Assembly: GCA_965153455.1 (NCBI GenBank)
Contig: OZ234493.1
Coordinates: forward strand, 1,178,001-1,242,000
From: Sphagnum compactum
Lineage: Eukaryota
DNA: 64,000 nucleotides
Direction of reading: 5' to 3'
The translations under genes were made by a program, and so were the position numbers. Below, in pieces: positions 38,971 through 53,494 of this stretch; positions within the stretch are counted from its first letter, which is position 1; each line of letters begins with the position of its first letter. Below the pieces are notes generated by a model. The model was not told the origin of the DNA and made no database searches. It worked only from the letters and a program-made list of their open reading frames with translations.

Positions 38971-41900
38971 TATTGCAAACTTTGATATTGCAAGGAACTC
39001 AAATCAAGAATTGAATGTGTAGTGGAAGTCACTCATCTCATGAGTATGGGGGGGCCTACATGTGACATATACTTTTTGCAGTAAGACACTGAGCTGCAAA
39101 TCTTTTTGGAAATCCCTGCCTGACAAAGAGAACACCAATTTGTAGATGTTTGGGAGACACACAGACAGACAGAGAGAGTCACTGGCTGCTTTGACTAAAA
39201 CTTCTTTCACAGAAGGAAAGGAGACTACTTTCTCACTCTAGATCAAGTACACAGTAACTTTGAAGTTTGCAGAGGACCAAACAATTTGCTGATCAAACTT
39301 ATGGTAGCTGTTACATACGCTGGTGTGGGAAATTATCAGAATTTATAAGCTTTTTATCACTTGTATACAACAGTTTTTTGAGCTCCAGAAATCAAATTTT
39401 CAAAATAGTTTGTCTTTGTTGAAAAAACTTTCAAGATCCATCTCAACATTTACTGGATTTACTCATGTATGTGAAATTACAGCCCAAAAACTTGTGATGA
39501 ATCAGGAGTCAGGAACTGTACATGACAAGGAGTTGAAATAACCGAGATCCCACCACTTCTAATTGCAAGCAAGCTATGCACAATAATAACAGTGTTGCAA
39601 ACTTGCATCAGTGCTCTGGACTCCCCAAAACTCATAAGACAAAAAATTTCCCAATCAGCTTCAGAATGCCACCACTTTCAGAGGCTCCGACATTCTTCTA
39701 CCAGGTGAAATCCATTGCAGTATGGATTCTTAATACTTCCATCAACCCCATAACCCCAAACAAAAAGGAAAAGCAAACAGAATAGCAATAGGGAAGATGA
39801 ATCCCCAAGTGACCAAAATTTGTACCCCTTGTTTCTAAGATTTGTGAAGAGAAAAACACTTTGACCCAAAGCCAACAAAATCAGACTAGGATTCAATCAT
39901 CTCACCACCAATAGAGGACACTAAGAAGTTTTGGGTTGCAATTACAAAACTTGGTTCTCAAGAATAAATGTCACCAACAAAGACAAGAGAGGAAGGGAGA
40001 ATAATAAAGATGATGATAGTAAGAAGCCCATTGCCAAGTGAAGAAATGGGTGCTTTGTTGTGTGACATGTTCTTGTTGCTGGTAAGTCCCTTCTACTTCA
40101 TGTGGTTCAGATGGCTATGGCAGTTAAGAAAGGATTGGCATCTTGGCTGAAACTAGGACACACCCTTTCCTTTTAAACAATAACTGTAAAATCCCATTTG
40201 GATTTGTTAGGGTTTAGGGTTTAGGGTCAAGAATGGTCATTTTCCTTCTTAAGGGGTATGGACCTTTTTTTTTTTCTTTTTTTTTGGGACAAACTCCTTC
40301 CTTTCTTCTTTTTACCTTGACCAAGTTTTTTTTAAAAAGGTTTTGGCCAGTGTTGGGCGGTTATCACTTTTTTACGATAACCGCTGGATCTGATTTTCAC
40401 AAAGGCTTTTTAAAAACTTAAACCCTAAACCCAAGACCAAGGCAGGGTATTATTAGTTTTATAACACGAACATTATTGACCAGTTCTCAAAGTGCCAGTT
40501 CTCATAAATTTGAGAATAGTTGATTATCTAAGGTGAGGGTCACAAGGTGGTTATGAGAATTTTTTTAATTATTAAAAAAAAATTGGATGAAATCAACAAG
40601 GTGTTCACAATTACTATTTTACATTGTTGTAGTTCACCATCTTCATCTCTCTCAAATTTTAATCATCCCCCCCAAGTACATGTGAATCTTCAATAAATTT
40701 TTCACCCTAATTTCTTTCTTCACCCTTTTTTGAATTGCAAAACTTTGGCAAATATTTTCATTCATTGATCCTAACCCCATTTTTCTTTTTATCATTGGGG
40801 CGTAGTTTGTGTTGAGATTGAAATGTATCTAGAACTCCGCACTAAAACCTTGGCCTTTATTTTGTGTCATTGTTGGTCCTGATTTCAATAATTGCTTTGT
40901 GGTTGGTGGGAATAATTTTTATGTTGAAAATTAGTTCTAGGCTTGATTTATTTGTTGAGTGAAAAATGTAATTTAAAGTGTGCATGGACATTGATAAAAA
41001 TGTGCTACTCAACAACACATTTGACAAAAAAATGTAGGCTATTATTAATCCCTCAAATGTGTGTGATAAATCTATTAGTAAGGCTGATACCCTAACTTTT
41101 CTTCCTTCCTTTTATGTGACTTCAAGTATTGACATTTTGAAAGGTATGGAAAGGGTGGGATCTAAGAGTTGATTCTCACACAAGTAATATTTGAAGATCC
41201 GAATGTCACTTTGGATATCACTAAATGTTGATGCCCAATTGATACTATTGCCCAATTGGACTAGTTTTCAATATTTGCCCAATGTTGGTTTTGGCCTTAG
41301 AGGTAGCTCACATGCTCTTTAAGAATGGGGATTGATTGATGATCTCCCAATGGTGGCTACAAGGTTGTTGGACTAGACTCTATGTCCTTGAAAGAAAGGC
41401 TAAATAGATGGGGAGTGAAATTTATGTCAAAGAAAATATTAATGAAACTAAAGTTAGTTGGTTTGGTAGTAGGGGATGATAATGTAGTAGGGGATGGGAT
41501 GATGGTACTGCAATAAGGTGTTGGTGTTTGCTTAGATGCAACAATAGGCTACGAACTGAAAGCACATTCAAGTGTAATAGTTTTAGGCACATGTGGAGTC
41601 CATAATAGAGGAATATAAACATTTTGAAAATAGTATACCTAGACTAACATGAACCTTTTGCAAGTTTTCATTAAACATTCGTCATTAAAAAAAATTCGAT
41701 TGTAGTTTACCTTACGGAGATTTAAAAATTAACATCTAAATTATTATTTTCAATGAATAAATGGTTTAATAAGAAGAACCCATAATTTAAGGTTTTTAAA
41801 AAAATCGGTCATCAAAATCTTTCAAAAAGTCCTTCTCGATACCAATATCATCACATCATACTATCATTGATTCTTTAATTCATTAAAGGGCATTATATGA

Positions 41901-44399
41901 AGATACATTGAATCCATATTCATTGATTATGGATTGTGACAAGAATTTTGGTAATCTTTCATAAGTCCATTATGTTATGACAATTCAAAACTATTCGTAA
42001 AACTCATACAATGTGATTATACCATATAAACAATTATAGTGTCAAATCCTTTCTTATTTTCATCATTTTTATTTAGTCATATGGTCAATTACAAATCCCA
42101 AAATTTTGCAAAAAAGTTGTTATTGAACAACATATTATGTATAATGTAATGTGATTTCACCCCATGGTGATGCAAAAAGGTGAATGATGGTGATGGCAAT
42201 GAGTTGGTGTGTGTTGGGCAAAAACTTGTCGCAGTAGGTAATGGTGATGGAGTAGCAAGGCATGCAATACTAATAAAGCTATAAAAAGATTTGAACAATG
42301 GCATCAATGGTAACTAGAGTTAGGAGATTTGAATTTAGAGGACTTCAAGGGCTAAAAAAACATAGGTATAGGAAAACATTTCGATACATGAATTGATGCA
42401 ATTAGAAGTCTTTCAAAACTAACTCTAGGTGAAAAAGGTGCTTATACAAGGGATGTAGAGGTAACATTGGTTGTGAAGGAATAATATTAATAGTAGTAAT
42501 TGAAGCAAGAGAGGGAGGAGAAATCCGATGCAATTGCACCATCTTGGTCATCAAGTCTTGATTTGTGCAATTGGCACGTAATGGCATAAAGAATTTTTTT
42601 AAAATTTAATTAATTCTTTTAAAAGAAAGAATAGTTGAAATACATATGCTACCATCATTTTTGACGCTTGAGTGAAAGAAAGTGCACTTGATTTCAAATG
42701 CTTTTGAAGGTTTACAAATTTGTTTGTTAGGTCATATTATTTCTAGGCTTGGCTTCTTGGCAATTTAGAACATAGATGAGAATGTAAAGAAAGAAAGAGA
42801 GGGATGGGTGGCAAGAAAGTTGTTGGGTTGTGGTAGCAATAGTAGTAGAGGTGTTAATAGGCAATTTGAAAGGGAGTGAGCGGGTCAATGGGTTTGTGGC
42901 ACAATTTGTGGTTCTAATTTGGGAATTGATTTACCTTTGGTAAAAAACCAAGCAATTTTCAGACCGAAGTATAATTAATCAAATTTTTTAAACAAACTTT
43001 CAAGGTTGTATTTAATACCTTGTCCTTAACTTAAGGACATAATTTAGATTAATTTAATTCCAATTTAAATTGGGTATTTCTTTTGCAATTTCATTTCAAC
43101 CTCCTTGAGGTTGGAATTTGATGATTTTTGAAACATTGCATTTATTTTGGTTTGGTATCACTTTTAGAAGCATTTGAATTGTGGTTGTCATGAGTTTTTT
43201 CTTGGGTAGGTAACATGAAAGTGTGAATTTTGGACAATGTGATAGGATTGTGCTTTGATTGTGCCCAAATTCAGTATATTATTTCCGGTAATAGGGCTTA
43301 AAATGAAAGGAACAATAAAAAGGGGCATTAAGAGTGGAATATCATGATGCTAAACGTGTTTTGGATGTGTGAAAACATTTTTTTATTTGTTGTCTTTTAC
43401 TTTTCAATAGACACTTTTAAGTTTTTTTCTTTTATTTGTTATCAAGGAGTGAGTTTTTGGGTATGGCCTAATGGAAACTTTTCCACTTGTTGAGACCCTT
43501 ACCTTTCCCCATCCCCTTCCTTACCCTTCATGTGGCCACCCCCCTCCCAAGTTTGTCATTTCATTCTCCTATATCCCCCCTCTTTCCCTATGTAATCTAG
43601 GATTCATTTCTTGTCCCCCTTCCTTCATCCCATTCGATTGTGGCTTGCCAAGTGCATGTAATGAATCTTTGATTACATGTTAAAAGTAGGAATGAAGCTT
43701 TTCCCCAATGCAATGTCCCTTGTTTTAATTGTGGGGGCCCTTTTCACATGTCATGGGATAGCTCACACTAAAGGCATTGTCAAGACTTTTTGGTAATGTC
43801 TTTAAGTAGCAAGACGGTTGCCTTGAATACCTTTTAAGCCTTTTTCCCTCCCCTTTCAACTTGGGCCTAGGTTGGAAGTCTTGATTTTTTGGCACATTGC
43901 ATCGCAGGCTGCCCCATTAATGCATATATTTGCACATCCCAATTGTTTTAAGGCCAAATATGCAACTTGTTTTTTATTTTCCTTCGGATTGTTTGGCCTA
44001 AGACCCATCTAATGTGATTACTAATTGACATTTGTTTCCTTTGTTCCCATAGTTGAGTCTTTTCCTCCCCACTTGAAGGGAGTAACTAGGCATAAAAAAA
44101 CTAAGATACATTTATGGTAGTTTTTTAATTTCAAGCAATCGAGAGCAACTTCAAGCTAAACATTTACTTTGCATAAATGCCTTCGTTATAACACTACATG
44201 TGGGCCTACCTCACTCTAATTGTGTCCCCCCTCCAAACATCCCCCCCTTTCAGTCCCCACCCTCTTCATCATATCAAACAAAATCTTGCATTGAAACATG
44301 CTTGTGAATATATATGGGCTACTAGGTCTTTTGTTCCCTTGTCTTAGCCCTAGCTGCATTGGAGATTGTTAAAGTGTTGTAGGTTATCCACCTTTGGAT

Positions 44400-45960
44400 T
44401 TATCCTTATCATATTTAAATTCCTCAATGGAATTTCAACCATGTATTGATTTGAACTTCTCCCTTGACTCCTTTAGGCCATCATTCATCCATTCATTTCA
44501 TCTTTTAGTTGGCGGCTTCAAGAATGGTATTCAAACACCTTTGAAATTTGTTCAACATTGACAATTTGACCGTTGGCTATATGAAGTATAGTCGTATCCT
44601 TGGGTGCATAGCTTGGACCCTTGGTGTTGTGTGATTATTAGCTTTGGCCAAGCCTTTTGAAGGCATTAGGTTGATCGCAAGGATGAAGTCCAATATCAAT
44701 TGGTGAACAAGGCCATGTGCCTTTAGTTTTTGTAACACATTTTTTACTCATTTATCCCCTCATTAGTTTGATGTTGCAATGAAAAAAAGGTGTGAGGTAG
44801 CGGTGCACAAGTACTGCATTTCAAATGGGTGGTTTTACATATTAACACAGTGACCACCTTCAACACACCCTTTCATAAAATTATATTCAAAAAGTTTAAT
44901 GTGGTAGGCATTCAATTGTCTAAATTCATCCCTTTCATCTACTCCTTTTATGCTTCACTTTTTTTTTACAAAAAAATCATCACTCATGTCTTGGTAGCTT
45001 AGTTACGATCCAATCCTCCATTGGCACACGTCAAGCAATCCCCTCAAGGGGCTTTTTTTCACTCTTGTTCATTATTGAGCTTTGCATTACTTAATGGGCC
45101 TCATCCCTTCCAATTTGTTCCTTTTCGTAGTCAATGACACCCACATCATAGGTCTTGCCTTTGTTGGTCCTATGGTTTTTGATCATTTTGGAAATTAGAA
45201 TTAGGTTTGGTGGGGCTAGTTGTTTAGCCCTGTAAATATGTAACTTGATCCCTTCCTAGCCGGTTTCTCCCCTCTACTTAATTTTTGCAACCTTTCAAAT
45301 GGGATCAAGGTTTTTGGCATTCCATTTGGCTTCATCTCTTTCATTCTTCATCTTCTATATGATGTTTTAGATGAGGATGTGCATCATGCCTCCTCCATCT
45401 AATAACTCATGGCGGTTAGCCTATAAACTCCATAGGGATACACCTCTTTAAATGTTCATGTAAATGAGGGTGCATTGCAACCCCTGATGTTGTTCAAAAT
45501 CCTTTTGCTTCCATTGCCATAAATGTAGGGTTTCATGTTTTGTATGAATAAATGCATGTCCTCCCACACCCTCCCTCTAGTTTTCATGTCAACAAGTTGA
45601 TATTGTGTTCACCATAGATGGGGTTTGCACTTTGGATATTGTCATCATCATTGATCCCACTTGACTAGATTTAGTTTCACAAGCTATCATTTATTAGGGT
45701 GGGGCCATGATGACAGTGGCTCAAACAAAGATGGGCTATATTGTGATCAACACCATGATGATGTGTTTTTTCCTTTAATCATAAAGGTATTTGTATGTTT
45801 ACATCAACAAAATGATAATTTTTTTCATCGATGTGCTAGCTAAGATGATGTGGTTAACCAAGGGCTTTAAAAGCCCTCCTCTATCAATTTTGTGCTCATT
45901 TTACAAGCACATAGTGTTGAAGGTTCTACAAAAAGTTTAAGCCACTTCCATCTTGAGGAG
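44400..45960 (+). mobile_element. Degenerate non-LTR retrotransposon relic (RT plus restriction-like endonuclease, CRE/R2-type)
   Basis: Frameshifted motif remnants in the expected order: LLALAKPFEGIRLIA (44635; cf. ...GGIRPIA), H*FDVA (~44761; cf. QFGVG), GTRQ.[D]PL (45023; cf. GxxQGDPL), NDTHIIG (45133; cf. YLDD), GIKVFGIPFG (45301), DIVII.DP and FFPLIIKVF.CL (cf. RLE motif FxPxxxExxG). Many stop codons. Confidence 0.7.
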
Positions 45961-46479
45961 CATCATAGTTGTTTGGGAGATCTCTACTAGACTTGGTGCT
46001 CTTTCAAATTTACCGCCCATCTCCTTGTCTTATCTCTTTCATGCAACATGTGAAGCATGTAAGACATATGTTGCTTTGTTGCCCCGCGTTTTGTGCCTAC
46101 CCATCTGTTTGTTTAATCTGCTTTAGGCAACAAGAAAGAGGTGTAAGACATAGGTTGTTTTGTTGCCCCACCTTTGATGGTTCCTATTGCTCTCTTTTGC
46201 AGCCCGCATTTGTGCATTTGTATCTGTGGGTGCTATCTTTTGGTTGGACATTGGTCTTCTCTTGTTTCTTCCATTCCCCTTTGGATGGCTGTTTTTTTTA
46301 TAATTAGGTTTGGCAAGGTTTCATCAAGGAGTCATTTCATTGAAACTTTGAAATGGAATCCATTGCTTCCTTGTGGCTTCTGCTAACAAAGTATACGAGG
46401 CCCAAAACAAGATGATTGGTAACCATGGGCTTGATTCCATGGAGTAAGGATGGGAGTGAGTATTGGTACCTACCATGTG

Positions 46480-46770
46480 AAGATTATCTTTGAAACCATT
46501 CATGACAGCCCACTAGAATCTTAAGCTTGAATTATGAAGCAAAAGAGGCAAAGAGGATGGTGAAACTTGGTACGACACATGAAAATTATCTTTGAAGCCT
46601 TCCATGGTCATGGCAGCCCAATACAATCTTAAGCTTGAAATACAAAAGTGAGAGAGGCAAAGAGGGTGAAACTCAGGTCCCGCAATAAAATTATCTTCAA
46701 AACCCGTCCATGGTCATGACAGCCCAGTACAATCTTAAACTTGAAGTACAAAAGTGAAAGAGGCAAGGAC
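46480..46770. repeat. Tandem repeat, ~3 diverged units of ~102-105 bp
   Basis: ATTATCTT..AA...TCATG.CAGCCCA.TA.AATCTTAA.CTTGAA...GAGGCAA at ~46484, ~46586 and ~46690. Confidence 0.75.
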
Positions 46771-47924
46771 TTGAGAATTATCGTAAGTCCATGGAAGTTA
46801 AGAGACAGAGTTCCAGCAAGAGAGCAAAAGCTGAGCTGCCCAACATGAAATACAAGTTGGGGGAAGAAAAAAGAACAACCAACAAAATTCACATCCGTAA
46901 CACATCTGTTCTCTTTTTAGACAAACAGCAGATATTTTGCTGTGTGCCCTGGAGTCCAGATTTCTGCACTGCAAGTTGGAAATAAGGTCCTCTTTCTGAG
47001 ATGAACTGGAAATGGGTTTGCATGTTGCTACAATAAACAATAGCTTTTTCATTCTAGAAAAAGCTACAAGCTCATAAACTAATGCCCTGAAATTGCATGG
47101 AAATGTCATAAAACCAATAACAAAGATGTCGACAAGGTTAGAATTGAAATGGACACAACTCCTGAGCATGAGCCTTTTTCTATAAACCATGTAGACCCCA
47201 GGCAGGCCTTAAAAATGTCCTTTCCTAATTCTCACATAATGACAAGACTCCCCATTGCAGAAATGACATCCTGGAGCATAGTGCACCACACTTTCTCCAC
47301 CATACAGGACTACACGAGACCATTCATCACTCAACACCTGTGCATCTGCCAGGTAGTAAAGGTCACCTGAGTGGAAGCCTCTACAAAAGGGACATTTGAA
47401 GCCATAGGGGAGGGATAGGATGTCCTAACAAATCCAAAGAATAAATATAAAAAGTGCATGCTTCCCCATGTCAAGAATCAACACAGGGAAAGCATTCCCT
47501 CAGGAAGCACAGTTCTTCAAGGACCTGAGTGGTTTACACATCTCCACCTTGTGCTCTGTAGCTTTCCAATCCACCCAGAAAATCAATCACAACACCCCTG
47601 CCAACAGTTATCACTAAATTTCAAACCTTAGAAAACAATCATAATCAAAAGACCCGGAATAGAAAAGCAGCCAGAGAAAGGAAAAATAATACATGGAGGA
47701 GGGATTTTGCTGGATATATCAGGAAGCTGTTCTTATTGTCAACACAGTTTCATCTCCCTCGGTTTCAAAAGAGAGTGCAAAAAAAGTCAAACAGGTTAAC
47801 CAGCTGACTTCCACATCTGTTGTGAAATACTTGGAACAAATTTTTGTATCCCTGTCCCACTCTGGAGTGTGTGCCCCCTTTGTGACCTTCCACACTCTTG
47901 AAAGAGCATAAGAATCAGGTGTAT

Positions 47925-50900
47925 TTAATGCTGAGAAGGCAATTGTGGCCTTTTTTCAATCATGTCGTACTGAAGCACAAAGTTCTCCTGCAATCATCCG
48001 AACATGCATCAGACAAAATGACATGTAAGCAATGCCATGGGTCACTCAGAAATCAATCTTGGACTCTTTAAGCCATGCTTGTTTCCATGCTTGTACTTCA
48101 GAGTACACAGGAGAACAGGTCAGAGCAAGATGTAATGCACAATGGAGGTCATCTAGAGTCTAGACACAACCAGGTCAAACATATTGGGTGAAGTGAAAGG
48201 CTGCACCTTGCGACCAGTTTCCCATGTGTTATGATCAAAAAAGTAGTATGACCCTCGCTCAAAAGCATCTGCCTTGACAAATGGCTCCATGTTGGGATCA
48301 TGAATTAGCCATAATTTGTGTTCTCTGTGAAAAAACCAGCCTCTTTTACACCTGTGTTCATAGGCCCAACTATTAAAAGCTGCTGTAAAACCATGTTTCA
48401 AGTACATGATCATAGAGCAAGACCACCACATTGGCTGTTAACAGATGCACAAAGCAAGTCTAGAACTTCAATAAATTGTCTTTCCCAAACACCATCAATA
48501 TTTCATGCACATCACTAAAACCCAACATCAACAGAACCTGGTTGCTAGAGCAATGACTTAAATTTTCTTGGTCTAATTTAATTTTATCATGTTTGGGGTT
48601 TCTTTGGGGAAGAAGAGGAAGCCCAGTGACTACTTACAACTCATCAGCTGCATACAGTTGAGCCTCATCATTAGGCATGCTGCAAAAGACAGGAGTCACA
48701 CAAAATTCTCAAATCACCAACAGACAAAGTTGACATGCACAAAGACTTGTTATCAGAAGTTGGGTCAGAGTGCCATATATAACTGTTGGTCTTGGAAGTT
48801 CTTGCAACTTCTAATTGTGAAGATTGCATTGAACAAAAAACTAACAAATTGCAACAAAGAAACATCAGCCAAAAAAGAAAAGAAAAAGCAGCCACCATTG
48901 ATTCTCTCAAGTCACCTGTAAAAGATGTAAAATAGAGTGTCTTGCTGGAACTTGCTGAAGTAGCCTGGCTGTATACACCATAAACAGTAATACCATGAGT
49001 TGGGGGTCACAAACGTACTCATTCAGCACCACCAGTAAAACAGACTGAGCTACGCAATATCTTGAAGCACAAACATAACTGTGTCTATCAGCATTTCTGC
49101 AAATGAGTGAAATAATACATAGACATCCTTGAAGTGTAGTGTGTACCACTGAATCCAGGAGGTGGGTACAACAAAACTTTCCATGCAGGAAGTACTACTG
49201 AATGGAGAAATTCGCCATCCCTCAAACAGAAAGAAGAAAGGTACCTGTAATCGAGGTGCTTGCCGAACGTAGCACTGAGGCAGTGTGAACTCTGGTTCAC
49301 CCCGAGTGGGGACCTCAGCCCAAGGAGATGCAAAGGTTTTGTACAAATTTTCTCTCGAGTTGAGGTTAAGTCCTAATGTGGTCAGGTCAGTCCCCAAGGC
49401 CAGAGTGGTCAAATCAGGGTCACTCATCCTTATCACACTTAACAAACCTAGCAATCCAAACTGTTCTGGAGCTACTTGATGCTGCTGCACTTTCACCAAA
49501 TCCCTAACCATCTGTTGTTGTGCAAGTTGCTGTTGTTGCTGATGGCTTGCCCCTCCTTGCCTTACCTGTGATTGATGATAATGGTGCACCAATTGGTCAT
49601 ATGAGCCCAACCCAGGTGATCCAGTCCCTGATCGATGCACTTGTGCTCCCCCTGCTCCTGGTGGACCTACTGCCTGCACCAGCCATCCCATCTTAGTGCA
49701 CAACCCAGATATCTCAGACATTGAACATGTCCTTTTGTATGCCTACACAAGCTTTTCTCACCATCAGAAGCTTGAGTCACGACCACCATATGCAATTGAA
49801 CACCCAGAAGGGAGGACCCACAAGGTAATGTAGAACATTCTATTTCATCTTTACTGATGAATTGGACCAATCTGCATCAATTAAAGTAATGAAGGCAGCT
49901 CTGGCCAGAGACAGAGCAGCAGAGATTTTCTTCGATTCACATTGGAACATAGTGTAGACACAGTACTTTGCAAGCATGTTCAGAATAGTAAAAGAAGAAT
50001 ATGGCATCGTGAGGTTTTACAATGAAAAACAGAAACAATTCTGTACTTGGCACCTGTAAATTCCTCAGGTTTCTTGTTCATGGCAAATGCAAGTCAATAT
50101 GACCAACGCCTGTGGAATCAAATCTCATTCAGGGTGATGAGGACAACAATAAGTCTCTCTACAACTATCCCTTGTGTGAACCTCTTTTTACGTTCAACAG
50201 CATATGGGTCCTTACCTGAGAGTGGTAAGAAGCCGAGAGGCCATGTGATGAAGGGAAGGAGTCTGCAATGTTAGCATGTAAATGCTGCAGGTCGGAGGCA
50301 TTCATGGATGCCATTGATCCTGAAACAGTGCCGGCCAACTGTTGCTGCAATTGGCGGTGAGGGACATAGGACCCTCCTGGCAACATTCCAGCAGACCTCC
50401 CCATCTGCCATTAAGCTATATCAGAGCATAGAAGAATCACAAAACCTTTCCTGTCTCTCCCTACTCCATACTTACACAAACCTCACTCATTTACAGCCTC
50501 GAGCTTACAATTGTCAATTACCTTTCACAAATCCTATGTCAAAAGGATGGGTCAAATCTCAGCGTCACTCACTTGTCCATTTCACCTATAATATGCTTTC
50601 AGTATGCACATCTATGCTACAAAAACAATTTCTCATCCAGTGCCTCTATAAGCATGCATCTCCTTTTCCAAAGAAAGAAGCATTTTCTTGTCCAATATGG
50701 TAGAATCAGGCTCCACCCATCAAACACGTAATATCAGGCTTAAACAACATTTGGAAGGGGTGGTATACCATGAAATGTTGAGGCATATTGGCTGCTAGAG
50801 CATTTTCATGCTGCTGGTCCTTGTGGTGCTCTGACTCTGAGGTCAACTCGCTACTGCCTCCTGCAACCAGTACAAGCAAATTCTCACCTGAGACAATAGT

Positions 50901-53494
50901 GTCTCTTGGTGTCAACAGTGTGCTCATTCAGCTGCAACAAGCTTGTTCCTCATACCTTCACAACACCCTTTGTTCCCAACTCCTATGTTAAATTTCATGT
51001 TCTGGAGGGATGTCTGCTTCTACTTTGTGTTTACTGGGCCCTGCAGCTATGAATAGGACAAGACCAACCTTTGATTGTTTGTTTACATAGTCCTGGCTGG
51101 GATATTACATAAGAACCACAGAAACAGAAACAGATGGGCTCACCTCTGAAACCAGGTAAGGCAGGAAAATCTTCATTTTGTATTGTAAACTCCTGATTCT
51201 GCTGGACAATGGCATTCACAGAAACCCCTTGCTTTCTCAAAGAAGCTGCAACAGGATCATTAGCACAACCCTGTCAGGCCACCTCCACCAGAGTGGTCCA
51301 ATATCCTGTTTCTGTTCCTCAAGCTCTGTCCATGTGTGGAACAGAATCCACCCTTTAGGTCATCTTTTTTGCTTCATTTGAGGTCTTCATATGCATGCAG
51401 GACATGCAGAGGACAAAACCTTGGAATTCTACCCAGACCTGGAGCCCCAAAGAAATATCTTGCACAGGAACACCTAGATGCACTGGTTGTTGTTCTTGTT
51501 TCACTCACCTTAAAATAACAGTTTGTGTAAGAACAAACCAAAAAAACATACCTAGTGGTCCTTGAAGTCCTCCAGAGGATGACTGGCGTGCACCAAGCTG
51601 AGGAAATTCACTGATGTCAAAGGCTAAACCATCATTAGCACCACCATCATTAGTTAGACCAAGGCTGCCAAGCTGCCCATTTCCTGACAGTACTTGGCCT
51701 TGGACGCCAGAGCCTGGTGCGGTTGAAAAATTGCTCCCTAGCAATGAGATACCTTTTGGAGAACCTGCAGTAGCCAAATTTCAAGCTTTATCAACATGGA
51801 GAAAAAAAGGAAAACCCCTGCAGATGCACTAATACTACTGCCAGGATGCTCAATATGTGAGATCATACCTCGGCTGATCATGGCGAGCAAATCACTGGAA
51901 GGGTTGTATGTTGATGATGACATATTCACACCTTGTTGCAGCATGGAGGTCCCAGACCGCCCAGGCCCTTGGCCACCAATGCCACTATCACCAGTCAAAG
52001 GGCCAATATTCACACGTGATCCATTTAGATTCTGCACATCTAAACCAACCCCTGCATTTAATGCTCTTGTAAGACCACCACCTCCAACAAGGCCTCCTCC
52101 TCCTCCACCAATGCTACCACCAGAGCTTCCAATACGGGGGCCACTTGCTCCCAAAGCTGAAAAGGATCCACGATTCCCAACAGTGGCAGCTCCCAGGGAT
52201 CCACCAGGACCTGACCCACCTCCTCCATTGCTGCTGCTGCTGAAAGCATGGTTGCCCACTACGCTAATTCCAGAGCGGCTAGTCATAGGTGTATGTCCAT
52301 GGAGCCCCACATGTGATAATTGCTACAGCCCCACCATCAAGAACCCCAGATTGTATGAGGCTCCCACAGAAAGACCAGAGCACAATGCCCACTCAAGTCC
52401 TCAGGATCCAAAATGCAATTGAAAAACAGATCCAGGTTGGCAATACTCTTCAAGAGGCAAGCGCATGACAATGGACATCAAACTGCATGGTGAAACTATG
52501 AATACAAACAGCAAAGGGTAGCCATGAAAATAGATACAAAAACCCAGAGCAGCAAGGTATGAAAATCTTCATAGGTACTGAGAGAGAACATCCCCATAAT
52601 TACAGTCTATAAAGACATGAATAAAATCAAAAGATGCCCTGATAATAAGGTTACAGAGATTCAGATCTGACAACATAACAGCAACAAATCAGCGAGCATG
52701 AAAATGAGGAAACCAAACCCCAAAAGAAGAGAGAAAACAAAACCAAAAACTGAGGAGCAAAAGCCTTAAGCCCTACAACCTGACTATTGGCAACATCAAA
52801 CTTGTTAGAATCTGACATAATTGAGTTCGCAACAAGAGCAGCAACATAAAGAAACCTGCTCCCTGAGAAGATATACATTGGTCATGGAGAAGTGAGTCTA
52901 TTGAATTAACACTGAGATGACATTTGGCAATATGATCAAAGAACATGGTGGGGGAAAAGAAAACTTTCTTTTCAGAGAAGAGTGAGCATAAACCTGAGGC
53001 AAACCAACAGGCAAGTTGTTGGAGGAGAAACGACCCCCAGTAGGTTGATGTGTTCCAGTTGAAAGACCCCCTGCCATCCCCTGATTCCTAGATGGCAATG
53101 CATTCTGCACAGACTGCATGCTATAATTTCCTTGAATGTTGTGCAATCCTTGCAGATTACCTGCAGAGACAGAGAGAGAGAGAGAGAGATCTCACAAAGA
53201 TTGAGACACCACACATAAGCAACTTTATATGTGGAGGAAAGCTTTGCAGATCTCCCCCCATGAAGTACTTGGTTCCAGAAAAGGGAAAAAAAAAAACACC
53301 AGAGCATAGTGGCAGTTAGTCCTGGCCCATTTAAAACTGAAAAAAGCTTTCTGGATGGCATCCTCCTGCTGCTATATCTCACCTCCATGGTGAACAAAAG
53401 GTTGTGTTCCAGACTGAGCTGAGAATGAGGATGAGGCAAAAGGGCGCACTGAGCTGCCAGAGTCCAGAACCATTGAAGCTGAGCTGTTGAGCAT
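47925..53494 (-). CDS. NOT2: CCR4-NOT transcription complex subunit NOT2 (VIP2-like; ~686 aa from the first confident ATG)
   Basis: Exons 53494-53383, 53160-52994, 52322-51869, 51764-51552, 51245-51144, 50860-50769, 50404-50216, 49673-49245, 48968-48916, 48679-48638, 48351-48207, 47987-47925; phases consistent. Motifs GRFSSNNLPV, EFTIQNEDFPALPG, FGLLGLLSVIRMSDPDLTTLALGTDLTTLGLNLNS and the NOT box TLFYIFYSMPNDEAQLYAADELCKRGWFFHRE. A short upstream coding exon may exist, since there is an acceptor at 53498-53499. Confidence 0.95.

Noticed and set aside
51796-52422. 208-aa Pro-rich plus-strand ORF
   Set aside because: Antisense shadow of the Gly-rich NOT2 exon.
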